A stretch of 64,000 bases of DNA from the human T2T-CHM13v2.0 reference genome, Homo sapiens (GCF_009914755.1 NC_060928.1), one strand, 5' to 3'; shown: positions 15,231-30,143, counted from the stretch's first letter. Notes: generated from the sequence alone by a model not told the origin. Numbers and translations: made by a program.

Positions 15231-16273
15231 AATTCTAGAGGGAATAAAGAGAACAGTGTAGAGTAGTTGTAGAAAACTAATTTTTATCTAAAATTAAGAA
15301 CACTTTAGAATTCTACTATCTCCAGTAAATCAAAATATTTAATTTGTTTCCTTTACAATGTGTGAATTAGGAATGGAAATTTAATAAGTGTCAGTCTCTA
15401 ATATAATATCTTATCAGTATGTGTAAATGTTTCAAGTTTAAATAATTTCCTCACAAAAAATAGCTACCAAAGAACTGCCCTTTAGCAATTGCAAACTTGA
15501 CCACATGAACCTTTGAAAGTTTATTTCCAAGCTTCTCCCACTGTTCAATATGAACTTCTGCCTACATTTCAGGATTTGAGACAGAGAGTACTTGAATTTA
15601 TTGGGAGTCAATTGGTATTATTTCATTATGTAGGAGGCCAGGTAGGATGTATAGAGATTAAAAAATGGGTTATGAGACACTATGAAATCCTATCTTTTCT
15701 TGACCCTTGACATAGAAAGAGAATTTGCTTGGAAAGTAGAGTTTCAGTGGACAACTTAATAGCATTGGGTTAGAAATTAACAGGTCTATCAATATCTGGT
15801 ATCTTATTAGGTTATTTATTTGTTTTTTAGCTTTATCCTAATGCCAAGTGAACCTCAGGATACTTGTTACATTTACCTACATTTTTATTTTGTTTTTGAT
15901 TCACAGTACTTGGCATCTGTTGATATCTGAACATTACAATTCCTTTTATTTTTATTACTTTGGGTTTTGCTTTGAATCAAAAAGCATTATGTTCCTGGAT
16001 TAATAGTTTAATACATTTCACCAATTTGAAAGATTTTAATGAAAAGTAACGGTAACCTTGAAGGCTTTTCAGAATTTTAATATTTAATCATGGAAAGACT
16101 TGTACTGAAAACAACTCCCTTAAGGAATTTACTATTCAACAACTCAGGTCTAGTGAATCATGCCATTGTAAACAGTTTTGTTTTGTTTCTTTGAATTGTA
16201 TTCTCTTACCAATTCCTTCATTTCTCAACATTTTATCAGAAGAAAAATATATATCCTACTATCTTTTCTTCAG

Positions 16274-16328
16274 TAGAACAGCATATAGCAAATATTTTCA
16301 CACAGAAAAAAAGCAGCTCATTTTGAAG
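16274..16328 (+). pseudogene. Exon, 55 nt ((V)EQHIANIFTQKK/AAHFE), +1 frameshift in an A7 run
   Basis: tcttttcttcag|TAGAAC...TTGAAG|gtaaga. Removing one A gives a 54-nt phase 1-1 open exon. Confidence 0.65.
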
Positions 16329-16889
16329 GTAAGAAACTTATTTTATGAGAGTTGTCAGTTTAAATAAAAAAATTATCTTAGTCAACTAAATTGCTTTTAG
16401 GTTGAATAGACAATCTATAATCACGTGGTTATTTGAAACTAAACATCCTTAAGTAATTTTTCCAATCACTTTGAAGACTCTGGTAGAGTTTACTAAAGGA
16501 TTTCTCTAGTAATATGTATATTCAAAGGTTTTAAAAATAATGTTCATTAAAGTCACTTATAAAACTTTTAACTTTGCTTGTGAATTTCCATTTTATTTAA
16601 AGATAAAAAGAAGACATTCAGAAAACTTTCATTGCAATACAAGGATCAGATTAATAAAATGGGGATGCTGAAATTCAAATAATTTTCAAATAATTTCTGT
16701 TCTTTAACTTTCCTAGAGTTTTCCAGGTAGATTTTTTAAATGTTTTCCATGTGGTTGTTGGTTATTAGTTTTTTGTTTGTTTGTTTGTTTGTTTTTTAAC
16801 TCTACAACTTTTCAAATATTCTTCTGGAAGAAGTTCTTTTGGTCTATAAGTTCAAGACAAACAAGCTGTCTGAGAGCCTCACCATTTTC

Positions 16890-17671
16890 AAATCAACCCT
16901 CTGGTGCTGTTGTTGCTGCTTCTTCACTCCCATTGTTCAGTGAGCAGGAGGGAATATTACAGTTCTTTGACCCTTTCCACAAGCAGCTCGGTGAGTGGGA
17001 CCATTACACCATTACAGCTCCTTCACTCCTGCTTTTCAGTGAGTTCCAGGTTCTTGTCCCATGACTAAGAAGAATAAGCAACGTGGACACAGGAGAGTGA
17101 GTAACACAGGGATTTATTAAGGGACAGAAAAGCTCTCAGCAGCAAGAGGGGACCAGAAGGAGGGTTGCTGACTCTGGTACTAAGTTTGGTGTTTTTATGG
17201 ACTAGGAATAAGGAGTGCACTGAGTGGTCTGCAGGCCATTTTGGAAAAAGCACCATTCAGAAAGAGACATGATAACATAAAGCTCCAATTAGAGGCAGAA
17301 GTGAAGGCTTGGCCCACAACCAATCAGGAGCTAGAATGATGTTTCAATTTATGTAAATGAAGATTTGGCCCCCTTCCAATCACAGAAAGATAGGTATATG
17401 CAAAACAGGTGAAAGGTAAGAGCCAATCAGGTGGAAGCACACAAAATGGGACAAAGGTGTGCCAAGGGGAGAGAAAAATGCTCAAAAAAGGAGTGGAATT
17501 TTTTCATTTGGGCTCACAGGGTGGGAGTTTACACTTAGGAACACAGGCTTTTGCTTATCTTGGGCCTGCAGCTTGATTCTCAGGCTGTTCTTGAAGGAGT
17601 TCTACTGAGGACCCGCTCTAACTGCCTGTCTGCCTGCCTGCCTGCCTGATTTCTTCCTTCCTCCTCTCTCA
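16890..17671 (-). mobile_element. ERV1 solo LTR (MER61-like)
   Basis: Minus strand starts TGAGAGAGGAGGAAGGAAGAAA...GGCAGTTAGAGCGGGTCCTC; left boundary approximate. Confidence 0.7.
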
Positions 17672-18339
17672 CTATTACTATTGATTAATTCTGTGGGGAG
17701 TTTCTTCGAAGTTTGTACCTTTTCTGGTGAGGTGTATGAACTCTGCATCAAGATCTTAAAATCAGATTTTAAGCTTGATGCTATGTAGAAATAGCAGTCT
17801 CCAAAAGTCTCCAAATCCTGCAGTATAAATCTGGTCTCAAAATTTAGGCCTAACTATGAGGAATCACACAAATATGGTCTGCATATCATAGTTACAATTG
17901 TCAGTCTAAAATGAGTCAGCTTTGTCCTATGAAACTTGACTTACATTCAGAGGTTGTGATAGGTACATTACATCTTTTGGATTTTAGCTTCTTAAAGACA
18001 AAAAACCAGTATATTTTGAATCCCTTTACCCTTCTACCATCACCAACTACCCCAGCCTAGCTCAGATCTTTGTATTGAGTAGATGATTTAACACATGAAG
18101 AATGAATGAGTGGATTTATAATACTGCATAGTGCCTTCCATGTATGTCTCATTGGAGGCAGAATAATATAGAGTATATGACATATGCAAGAGCTGGAAGA
18201 CACATTGTCATATATTTTATACAGGCACAAAACTATTTCTTTTGATCAGTGTAGTTACTGTTACCTATTTATATTGTATTTGAGTATTTTAGCTAGGATA
18301 TATACTGTAATCTCTAGTTTTACAGAGTAATCATTGGTG

Positions 18340-18361
18340 CCCCCCCCCCGCCCCCCCCCCC
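18340..18361. repeat. C10-G-C11 homopolymer tract
   Basis: Direct. Confidence 0.95.
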
Positions 18362-19276
18362 TTTTTCTTACAAAAGAGGAAACAAAGTGTCCATGAGGTC
18401 TTGAGCTTTGAGACCTTAAATAATTAATGTATCCTATTTTGGCCTCAATTTTCTAATCTGTTGAATAAACAGATGAAGGCCAAATAATAGTTAAGGTTCA
18501 TTCTGGGTCAGAGACTCTCCTTTTAATGCATTTTTTGTAACAATTTTATTGAGATATAATTCACCTGCCATAAAATTGGCTCAAAGTGCACAATTTAGTG
18601 ATTTTTAATATAGTCACAGAATTTTGCAACCATCACTACTATCTAATTCCATAACATATCTATCACCCTATTATCAGTCATACCTCATTCTTCTCCCGCC
18701 TCATCATTTGGCAAACAACAGCCTAGTTTTGGTCTCTATGAATTTACTTTTTCTAGATATTTAATAAATTTTGAATGATGCAGTATGTGGTATTTTGTGA
18801 CTGACTTCTTTCATTTAGCATAATGTTTTCAGCACTCAGCCATATTGTAATGTGCATCATTACTTCATCTATTTTACTACCAAATACATTTTTAGTTACG
18901 TATTCATCCACTTATGAATATTTTGGGTGTTTTCACATTTTGGCCACTATAAATAATTTTGCTATGAACAGTTGTATACAATAGTCATGGAAAATATATT
19001 TTAATTTCTTTTGAGTATATATCTAGAATTGGAATTGCTGGGTCACATGGGAACTTTAACATTTTGAAGAGCTATTTGTTTTTTAAAGTGGCTGTACTGT
19101 TTATGTGCCCATTTGTAATAAATAAGGGTTCTTTTTTTCATCACATCCTCACTAACATTTGTTGTATCATCTATCTTAGTCTATTTCAGCCATTTTTCTG
19201 CATATGAAATAATATTTTGTTGTTTTGATTTATATTTGCTTAATGCTATGTTAATGAGCATCATTTGGTGTATTAA

Positions 19277-19654
<378 letters not shown>

Positions 19655-20556
19655 TAGGATATTTGTCTTTTAGTTGCTGAATTGCAAAAAACTTCTTTAT
19701 ATATTGTGGATACAATATTAGACATAGTCTTCTACTAGACATAGGATTTGCAAATACTTTCTCCCATTCTATGGGAGACCTTTTCAATTCTTGATGGTGT
19801 CCTTTGCAATAAAAAAGCATTTAATTTTCATGAAGTAAATTTACTTTTTCTTTTGTTACTTGTGTTTTTTGGAGTCATATATGATAAACTATTGCCTAAT
19901 TCAGCATTACAAAGATTTACTCATATTTTTTCCCCTGTGGGTTTTATCATTTTAGCTTTTAAACTTAGGTCTGATACTTTTTGAATTAAAATTTGAATAT
20001 ATCTTGAAGTAGGGGTTCAACTTTATCTTCTTTCAGTCTATAACAAGCTTTCCAGTACCATTTGTTGAGTAGACTATTATTTCACTATTGAGGTATATCG
20101 GCACCTTTATTGAAAATCAATTGACCACTACTTTCAGGGTTGGTTTCTGGACTTTTACTTCTATTTCCTTTATCTATTTGTCTATTCTTATACCAGTACC
20201 ATGCTGTCCTGGTTACTATAGCTTTGTAGTAAGTTTTGAAATTAGGAAATGTAAGTCCTAAAACTTTATTTTTTTTTTCAAGGTTTGCTTTGGCTATCCT
20301 GAATCCTTTGCATTTCCATATGAGTTTTGGTATCATCTTGGCAATTTCTGCAAAAACGAAGAAGCTGGAATTTTGGTAGGGATTGCATTAAAGCTGTAGA
20401 ACAATTTGGAAAGTATTGTAGTAATAATTAGTCTTCTGATGCATGAACATAGGATATCTTTCCAATTATTTAGATCTCCTTTATTTTCCTTCAAAATGCT
20501 TTACATTTTTTTCAGTGAACAACTTTTACACTTTTTTCATTATATTTATTTCTAAA

Positions 20557-21790
20557 TGACACAGGTTCAGTGCCACTTTGCCAGCTGGAAATCTTTGTGG
20601 CCAGCAGCACCTCTGCCTGGGCTTCGCTCGGCTTTGGGTTCATGGCTGTGCTCACTCTGCCCACTTGGCCCAGCAGGCTGCAATCAGTTGACACTACTGG
20701 CCTGGATCCTACACCTACACAGGGACTCCTCACTCTCAGTTCATGGCTGAATCTGGTGTGCTCTGGGTGGTTTTCACTGTGTTCCCTGGCCTCTGGACGA
20801 GGGGGACATGGCAGAATCTGAAAACTTGAAGATGCCAGCAGCCACGAAGCCCCAAAGGATGTTACAAAGCTCATCTGGGGATTTCAAAGTTTGAGCCCAC
20901 AGGAAGCATTACAGTTTGTTCATTCCTGCTGTCTGCACACTTTGGCAAATGAGGACCACAGCTTGTTTGGTCATGCTGCCCCACTCCGGCCTGTGGCTCC
21001 TGGCTGGTCTGGTCTGGTCTGGTCCCACTGCTGCAGCTTCCCATTATGTGAGGTGGAGGGCGGAATGGTTACAGTGTTGTAGCTCCTTTCTCACTTTCCG
21101 TTTGGTGGGTTCTGGGTTCTTGTCCCATGTCCAAGAGGAATGAGGTTACATGGACATCAGAGAGTGAGCAAGACAGGGAAGAATTTTTTTGAGCAAGAGA
21201 AAAGCTCTTGACAATGAGAGGGGACCTGAAATAGGTAGACCTCTTTGTGAGCGAGGGCACAAAAGTGGGTAGTCGAATGTGTGGCTGAGTCTGGGTTTTT
21301 TGTTTGTTTTGAGATGGGGTCTTGCTCTGTCGCCCAGACTGGAGTGCAATGGCACCGTCTTGGCTCACTGCAACCTCTGCCTCAGTTTCCCAAGTAGCAC
21401 CACCACAACTGGCTAATTTTTGTATTTTTGGTAGAGACTGGATTTCACCATGTTGGCCAGGCTGGTCTCAAACTCCTGACCACAGGTGATTCACCTTCCT
21501 TGGCCTCCCAAAGTGCTGGGATTACAGGTGTGAGCCACTGTGACTGGCCAAGTCTGGGATTTTATGGGCTCAGAATGTGGGAATGCATGCTGATTGGTCC
21601 ATGGGAAGGCCTGGAAAAAGCACCATTCAATTGGCTAGAAGGCATCAAGGAAGTTCTCACTCCCATTGTGGACTCCCCAGAACTGGCAACTCAGTTTTCA
21701 GGTTTTAAGTTGTCTTCGGTTTGAAGATCAGGTTTCACTGGGGACCCCTCCCTGTCTGCCTAGCAATTTTTCTGCCTCCTGCCACTATCA
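20557..21790 (-). mobile_element. ERV1 solo LTR (LTR27/LTR28/MER52 group) inserted in L1
   Basis: TGACACAGG...GCCACTATCA ends; L1 sequence resumes on both sides. Confidence 0.8.
21296..21549 (-). mobile_element. AluS with internal deletions, nested in the LTR
   Basis: TSD agtctggg.tttt; right arm shortened. Confidence 0.9.
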
Positions 21791-24700
21791 CAAGTATTTT
21801 ATTCTTTTAATACTATTATAAATAAGAGCTTCATAATTTAATTTTTCAACTGTTTGTTGCCAGTGTATAAAAATAAAAGTAATTATGTATATTGACCTTG
21901 TGTCCTTCATTTTTACTGAATTCATTTCTTAGTTTTAGTTGTATTAAATGAATTCCTTAGGATATTCTATATATAAGATTACGCCACCTACAAATAAAGA
22001 TATTTTTAATTCTTCCTTTCCAATATGAATGTCCTTTATTTCTTTTCTTTCCTTTCTTTTTTTCCCCCCACGTGCCTTGGCTAAAACTTCTATTATAATG
22101 TTTAATAGATGTAGCAAGAGATGATATTCATGTCTTATTTCTTAGGAGAAAATCATTCAGTTCTTCATCATGAAGTATGATACTAGTTGTCGGTTTTTTA
22201 TTGATCCCTTTATCAAACTGAGGAAATTCCATTATATTGCTAGTTTATTGTGTGTTTATATCTTACAAGGATGTTGAATTTGTTAAATGTTATTTCTGTC
22301 TTTTGAGATGACCACGTGTATTTTTTCTCCATTCTATTAATATAATGTGTTCCATTTATAGAATGTTGGATGTTAAACAAATGTTACACTCCTGGGATAA
22401 ATCTCAATTAGTCACAGTTTACAAAACTTTTTTATGCTGCTGGATTCAATTTGTTAGTATTTATTAAGGATTTTTGCATCTATGTTAATAAAGCGTATTT
22501 GTCTGTAATTTTTTTATCTTATGATATCTTTGTTTTAGTATCAGGGTAATATTAGCTTCATGGAATGAGTTGTAAAGTGTTATTTTTCTTCTATTTATTG
22601 GAAGATCTGTGACTTATTAGTGTTAATTCTTATGTAAATATTTGGAAGAATTTACCAGTGGAGGCACCTACCTTTTGACTTTTGTGTGAAAAGTTTTAAA
22701 ATTACAAATTCAATTGTTTTACTTGTGGGTTTATTAGGACTTTCTAATTCTTCTTGAGTCAGTTTTAGTAGTTTGTTTCTCTTTAGGAATTTGTCCAATG
22801 CATCTAGGTTTTCTGACTTGTTACATACAATTGTTCACAATATTTTCTTATAATCCCTTTTATTTCTTTGGCATCAATCCCCCTATCATTTCTGATCATA
22901 ATAATTTGCATCTTGTCTCTTTTTTATTGGTTAGTCTAGCTGACCAAGTTTGTTAACTTTGTTAATCTTTTCAAAGAAGCAACACATGACTTTGTGGATT
23001 TTCTTTGTCATTTTCATATTTCTATTTTATTTATTTCAGCTCTAATCTTTATTATTTCTCTCCTTTTGTTTTCTTTGGGCTTAGTTTGTTCTTCTTTTGT
23101 AGAGCTTAATCTAACCTTTCTTAGGTAGAAGTTTAGATTATTGATTAAAGTCTTTTTTTTAATATTGGCATTTAGTGTTCAAAATTTTTCTTGAAGAACT
23201 GCTTATCTGTATCTCATAAGTTTGGTATTTTGACTTTTTGTTTTAATTCTGATCAAAGTTTTCTTTTCTTGATTACCTTGTGATTTATTCTCCAACCCAT
23301 TGGTTATTCAGAAGTGTGTTGTTTAATTGCCACATATTTGTGAATTGTCCAAATGCTCCAAATTTCCTTCTGATATTAATTTCTAATTTTATTCACCATG
23401 ATCAGAGAAACAATCTGCATAATTTCAACCCCTTTAATTTAATTTAACTCAGGCTTATCTTATGGCCTAACATACAGTATATATGGCAGAATGTAGAATG
23501 TCTATACATGTACTCTTGAAAGGAATGTGTGCTCCATTGGTTTTGGATGGACTACGAAGTCCATTATGTCTAGTTGGTATATAGTGTTATTCAAATCTAT
23601 TTTATTGTGGATGGTTAACCTAGTTGTTATGTCCATTATTGAAAGTGTGATATTGTGTTCTCCAAATATTATTGTTGTATTTTTCTCTTTCAATTCTGTC
23701 ATTTTTTGTTTCATGTAGTTGAAGCTCTACTGTTAGGGTGATCCATATATATGTTTATAATTGCAATGTCTTTCCGATGGATTTCCTCTTTATTATTACA
23801 AAATGTCTCACTTTGTCTGTAGTAGCTGTTTTATTTTTTAACATTTATTTTGTTTGATAATGGTATGGCCATTCTACCTCTCTTTGGGTTACTGATTTCA
23901 TGGCATATCTTTATTCCATCCTTTTATTTTCAAGTTATTTCTGTTTTTTTTTAATTAAATATGTGTCTTTTGTTGAAAATATATAGTTGAGCTACGGTTT
24001 TATTTTAACCATTCTTCCAGTGCCTGTCTTTCAATTAGATTGTTTTATTCAGCTTTGGTTCATATAATTACTCATAAGTTCGGATTAAAGTTGCATTTTG
24101 CTTTCTGTATGCCTTGTGTCATTTTTCCCTTTTTTATTATAACACTTTTTGTATTAATTTGATATTTTCTTATGTATTATTATAATCTTCTTGTTTTTCT
24201 TTTACTGTATTCTTTTGAGTTACCCTTTTAGTGGTTTCCCTGGGGATTATAATTTACATCTTAATTTAAAGTGATCTAATCTAGATTAATACCTATTTAG
24301 TTTTAATAGTATAAAATACTTTGCTCAAATATAACTTCATTTGTTTCCCCTCACTGTGCTAGTATTGTCACATAAATTATACGTTTATATAAGTCCATCA
24401 ACACAGTTTTATGATAATTGCCTTATGAAGTTGTCTTTTGTTTAGATAGAAAAGAGTTATAAAGTAAAAAAAACTGATAACAAATTTCATGTAGTATACT
24501 TACAATATGGGTATTATTATTGTTGCTATTTATTTTTACTACCTTTGCCAATATTATTTATTTGTTCATGTGTCTTTAAGTCTGTTTCTAGTGTCCTTTT
24601 ATTTCTACCGGAAGAAATCTCTTTTAATATAGCACGTGGGGCTGTCTGTTAGTAAAGAATTCTATATTGTTGCTTATTTGAGAGTATATCCATTTACTTT

Positions 24701-25599
24701 TCATTTTCAGAGGATGGTGTTCCTGGATGTAGAATTTTGGTTTGCCATTCCATTTATTTCAACACCTTGAATGTTATCCCACTGATACCTCATTTCAATT
24801 GATTCTGGTGAGAAGTCAGTTGTTGTTAGTCTTATTGAAGCTCACTTGACAGCCGATTTTACACCATAACATTGTTAATTTTATTCAGTTTAAATCTGTA
24901 AAATTTTATTGCCAGTAAAAGGTTTAAACCAAAGTGTTTGAGAGTATTTTTAATACAAATTCTAATTAGGATATAAGATATATTTTTTATTGCACTCACT
25001 TTGAATCACTGGTTTTTAAAACAAATTCACATAAGTAATAGATCCATGCTGTTCTCTGTCTGTATTATACAACTTTTAAACATAAACTGAAATAATTTAA
25101 TGAGAGGTAATACATTTCACATGAACTGGAAAACGAGTATTTATGAGACTTGAACATAATTTGTAGTGTAATACACAGCTTTCTTGGATAAATAAACCCT
25201 AGTAAAGCTTCATTCTCTACCTACCAAGCTTTACTTTTCTGCCCACTAAGGGGTACCATGGCTTTGATTGCCATGGTCTTTTGGGGCTTGCCATATTCAT
25301 GAATCTTACTAGTACATTATTTCAAAAGGTTGTTGAATGAAGATTTTGTAATGACATTAAATAACATTATGTAATCTGTAGAATATTTTGAATATAGCCA
25401 AATTAAAAATAGTGGACAATGATGGTAACTTCTAACTTTATCTCTTGGAAAGTCTTACCTGTGGCTGAGGAAACTGCCTTTAATATGGTTCTCTCTGGAG
25501 CCTCCTGCATATGTCAGCCTCATTCAATGATCTTCAACTATACTCCACTGTCATCCATGTTAGTAGTTATTTTGGAGCAAAAAGTGTATTTTATTCCTC

Positions 25600-25788
25600 T
25601 TGGACACTTACTTATTCTTTCTTGGCTTAAATATCTTTTTTATAAAGTATGACATATGAGTATTTTGAGAATTAAATGAGATCATACATATAAAACATTT
25701 AATACATTGCTTGTTATAAATATAATAAATATATATTGTGTTTATTATAACATTTATTGAATGTTTATTATATGCCAGTTTATGCTAA
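25600..25788 (+). repeat. Local duplication copy 1 (MIR-derived), second copy at about 27000-27214
   Basis: Long shared blocks, e.g. atgagatcatacata, aatacattgcttgtt, aaatataataaatatatat, gtgtttattataacatttatt. Confidence 0.85.
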
Positions 25789-26126
25789 GCCCTTTATACA
25801 TAAACACATACTCCTATGCTACTTCCATTATTATTAGAGTGTTGCTATGGCACTATCTATACCTGGATACTTCAGGTACACTGGCTGCTTCACAGGACCA
25901 TGCAATGCTGGTATTGGGAATTTCTTTTCTAATTTACTCCACAATGTAAATTGCAATGACCTCTTACCTAATAAGTTTTTCCTTTTTTCTATTTATCTGA
26001 TCTTCTAAATTCTAGGATAGAGACAAAACAATTTTTACTACAGAGTCTTGATTTTCATAGGAAAAAGCAGATTCCAGAAATACTTGTTGGGAAATGACGA
26101 CATTCTTAAACCTTTACATTACCTTC

Positions 26127-26500
26127 TGCTATAGTTTGGATGTGACCCTTAAAAGTTCATGTATTGGAAATATAATTACTATTGTAACAGTATTAAGAGG
26201 TGGGGCCTTTAACACATTATTAGATGATGAGGGCTCTGCCCTCATGAATGGATTAATGCTGATATTTTGAGATCCCAGAATGGGATCCTGATTAAAAAGA
26301 TGAGTTTGTTTCTTTATCTGTCTCACATGCTTACTTGCCCTTCTTTCACAGTACAAGGCAGCAAGAAAGCCCTGACCAGATGCAGCTCCTAAATCTTGGA
26401 CTTCCTGGCCTCTAGAACTGTGAGCCAAATAAACCTCTTTTCTCTATAAATTACCCAATCTGTGGTATTGTGTTACAGCAGTAGAAAACAGACAAAGACA
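26127..26500 (+). mobile_element. MST/MLT1A-type MaLR solo LTR
   Basis: TGCTATAGTTTGGATG...AACAGACAAAGACA. Confidence 0.88.
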
Positions 26501-26999
26501 TCATCTCAATTAATGTACATAAATGCATAACCTGTCTTGCAAAAAGGGAAGTGGAATGCCCAAAAGGTAAATTAATTTGCTCAAAATTACACAACTAAGT
26601 GGTAAAAGAAGCATTTGTAGAAGGTTGTGTTTAGTTCTGAAGCTTCCAGTCTTCCTAGAACTTGGAGGAATTGTGTAGGGCTCATTCCTGCTGTTCATGT
26701 CCCCACCTGGCACATATATTTAATGACTACAAGGTTTGGTTTTTCTTAATGCCATATCTCTAGTGCCTAGGACAGTGCCTGACACATGGTAGGCAGTCAA
26801 AATGTGGATTGATAAATAAGCACCAATGATAAATTTAATGTTTTCCTTTTACCTTTAAATTCAACTTTATGGAATAATAGCCATCACACACACAGAATGT
26901 TTATTCACAAGTTGTTGTCACAAGTCATTAAATCTCTACTTTTTGCCCCAGCTTCAATAGAACAATGTCTTAGTTTTCCCTGGTAATGTTAGTATAATC

Positions 27000-27214
27000 T
27001 TGAACATTTTATTTATTTTTTCTGGGCTTAAAATATCTCATATAAAGTATGATTTATATGAGTACTGTGAGAATTATATGAGATCATACATAGAAAACAT
27101 GAAATACATTGCTTGTTGTAAATATAATAAATATATATGGTGTTTATTATAACATTTATTAAATGTTTATTATAACATGTATTAAATGTTTATTATATGC
27201 CAGATGATGCTAAG
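27000..27214 (+). repeat. Local duplication copy 2
   Basis: See 25600-25788; carries an extra internal tandem unit. Confidence 0.85.
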
Positions 27215-29386
27215 GGCAGCAAGAAGGCCCTTAAGTGATCCTGGTTAGTGATTCTTTAAATTTTGTCTCATTTTAAGAATGAGGACAATTAAACACCCTC
27301 ACTAAGCAAGATCTTTTCTTCATACAATCAATAAAAAATGATTATAAAGTTGCAAATGGGTTGTTTTACACTGCCTAATAGAGAAACTCACTTCTAAATG
27401 ATTGCCTTTTGTTATTTAGTCTCATGGCAGATACAAAGTAAACTGATATATGAATGAATACAAAATAATGTAAATCAAGAACCTTCATAATTACTTGTAA
27501 ATAGCAGATTTGTCCTTTTTGTGGGAACACCAAGGACCTAACCATCACATTCAAAAAGGACACATGGGTGCTACATTGATTGGAATGGAAAAAGCTAGGA
27601 AATTACTGTGTACGAGAGATCTTGTAGGAAAGCAGTTACTATAGCAACTGCAGCCTCATAGACTGTATTAGATGATAGAACTTCTTTCAGCATAATTACA
27701 CAGTCTTTTGATGTGCATCCTTCCCTGGGACATACCAAACCCATGTAACATGGCTATACAAAGAAAATTATCTTAATTGGAAAGGACACCCCTCTTTAAT
27801 ATATGCTGATTGAAGTTTTAGTATCAGTATTCTCTGTGAAATTGTCTTTGTAGTTACCCTTTCAGAGATGTTTGGTTAATACATTTCATGTAAAGTCTAA
27901 ATATAGGCATCCTTGTGATATGAATACAAATAAAAGAAGAGAGAATATAAATGTGCAGCATGCTATTTATACAGGATCATATAATTATTACCCTTGGCTA
28001 TCCAAATAAATTAAACTTTGCTACAACTGCTAATTGAATTGGTATTAAGCTCATTTTTTTCTTTCTATTTTGAGCTTTCCTTAGAGATATTTAAATTCAT
28101 AGCTTTAATTGCAGAAGGGGTACAGAGATCTTCCCCTAATTAGGTTATTAATAGTAAATTTGACTATTTTAAGACAAATGCTAAAGTGTACCTTTATATC
28201 TGATCATTTTCATTTTTAAGAAGAAAGAGATTCTATTTTTACAGGGAGAATGAACTTTTAAAATCACAGCTTCTAGTCAGCAGGTGCACATTACTGTATC
28301 CATAAATGACTGTCTGTGGACCATAACCTTATAATTATTCTGCTGAAAGACATTTCTGTCACTTGCTAACAACAGAATGGGTCAAGAGCACATCTCACTT
28401 TGGTGTTTGTGCCTTCTGACATCTTGCAGTATGGTTTGCAGACAGAAGGAGCTTTCACAGAGCTGTGAAGTGTTCCTTGTGTAGTATAACCCAACTGAGA
28501 AAAAAATCTCAGATCTGATTTAGGGACCTGATGTTTTAACCCCTGCCCTGCCATAGATAATAACATTAAATAAGCCACTTATTACATTCATAATTTAAAA
28601 CTGATACTTAGATGTCTATTTTCTCTTCTCTAACTGGGTGGCATGTGCTATAAAATGAGATTTAGCCTCATAAAATAGATTTTCTATTAAATTTAAAGTT
28701 TACATTAACTTAAATATTATTAATGTATTCTCTTAGTGTGGATTATTATAAGAACCCCAAGAGGAATCCTATAACTCTCAACTCTTTAAAGTAGTAAAAA
28801 ATTAAGTTCAGCATCATTTTCGCAGGCTCATCCCAGCAAAAAAAAAAAAAAAAAAATATGGTGGGTGATTTTGCAAACAGTAAGGAAAATGACAGTAGCA
28901 CTATCCTAAGAAAGTGTGATTAAATGTAAACGTTCCAAGTCCTGTAAACAACTGTGTTTCATCTCTACCCCCTAACAGCTTACTGGAATGAAAAGTAAAA
29001 CCAGCATAAAGCCAGAGATAAAAGGGAGCTGCCTTGAACTCCATTCAGTCCTGTATCCCGATCTCCTGCAATACTCTGTCCTTCCTCTACCCATGGAAAG
29101 AAGATGTGTAGAAGATAAAAGAGATGTGTAGAGTTTATACACATCTAGTTTTGCCTCTATTCTGTGAGCCTGTAGCATCAAATTTTAATTTGCTCAATAC
29201 TGATCTACATGCCCCTCACTGAAGCTGCATCCATGTTTTCTTGCCCTTATGGGAATAGCCCAGAGGCCGGCAGGTGGCTCATGAAGGGTTGCAGATGTGC
29301 TTCGGTATTTTTTAAACGTGTGCTCTATTCACTGCCTGATTTCTTTTTTGATTATGAACCATCTGTAATTTTCAATCTGTTCTCAG

Positions 29387-29458
29387 GATTTTGCTTTACA
29401 TGTTATTCGGCTATAGCAGGACTATTGTTCGTAATTCTCCATATGTGACAAACAAGGG
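29387..29458 (+). pseudogene. Exon, 72 nt, phase 1-1 ((G)FCFTCYSAIAGLLFVILHM*QTR)
   Basis: tctgttctcag|GATTT...CAAGGG|gtgagt. Single TGA at 29446-29448, consistent with CGA decay. Confidence 0.65.
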
Positions 29459-30105
29459 GTGAGTTAAGACTTTTTGATATCTCACCCTAAATGCTTATAA
29501 TGGCAAACCTGTTTATACAGCAAGAAAGAATATAATTTCTGGAGCCCAGTCGGCCTCCCGATCCCACAGCCTGGAAAACCACCACCCACTTGAAATGATC
29601 TTCTCAACATTTTAAATTTATTTTCCTAACTCTTCTTTGGAAACCAAAGGGATACAATGCAAGTAAGTATGTCCATACTGACAAGGGGAACAGAAATTCC
29701 AAAATTGTTTTGTTTAATTCTAGAGACAGGGGTGGAAATAGAAAAGCAGAAGTTACCCTTCATCTTTTATTTCCTCCCACAGTTGCCTCTCTTCTTCCTC
29801 ATTGATATCCTGACATCTTTCCAACCCCCAAACCAGGAATGTGGGTGTGGGTTCCTCCTGGACCTTGTCCTCTCATCTCTCCAACACTATGTAAAGCAAC
29901 ATGACCTGTGCAGAACAACTCTTTCATTACCCTCAAATCCATCACCAACTCTCCATTATTTTAAAGTGCAAATCAAATCAGGTTACATTTTTGCTCAAAC
30001 TTCCTAATCATTCTATCAATCTTTGTCATTCTCAAGAGGATATTTAAATTCCTTAGCTCAAATAAACCATGTGCTTTATCTATTGTCAACCAATGAAGAT
30101 GTAGC

Positions 30106-30106
<1 letters not shown>

Positions 30107-30139
<33 letters not shown>
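30107..30139. repeat. (CA)n microsatellite within L2 relics (about 29760-30570)
   Basis: Microsatellite direct; flanks end in the gaatgaatgaa L2 tail motif. Confidence 0.85.

Positions 30140-30143
<4 letters not shown>

Noticed and set aside
20085-23714. ORFs with L1 ORF2 similarity
   Set aside because: Short fragments of a decayed L1MB element.
29387-29458. Stop-free alternative frame ILLYMLFGYSRTIVRNSPYVTNKG resembling LLYIIFG
   Set aside because: Out of order relative to the other motifs and leads to a stop in the next exon; the phase-1 frame with GLLF is collinear.
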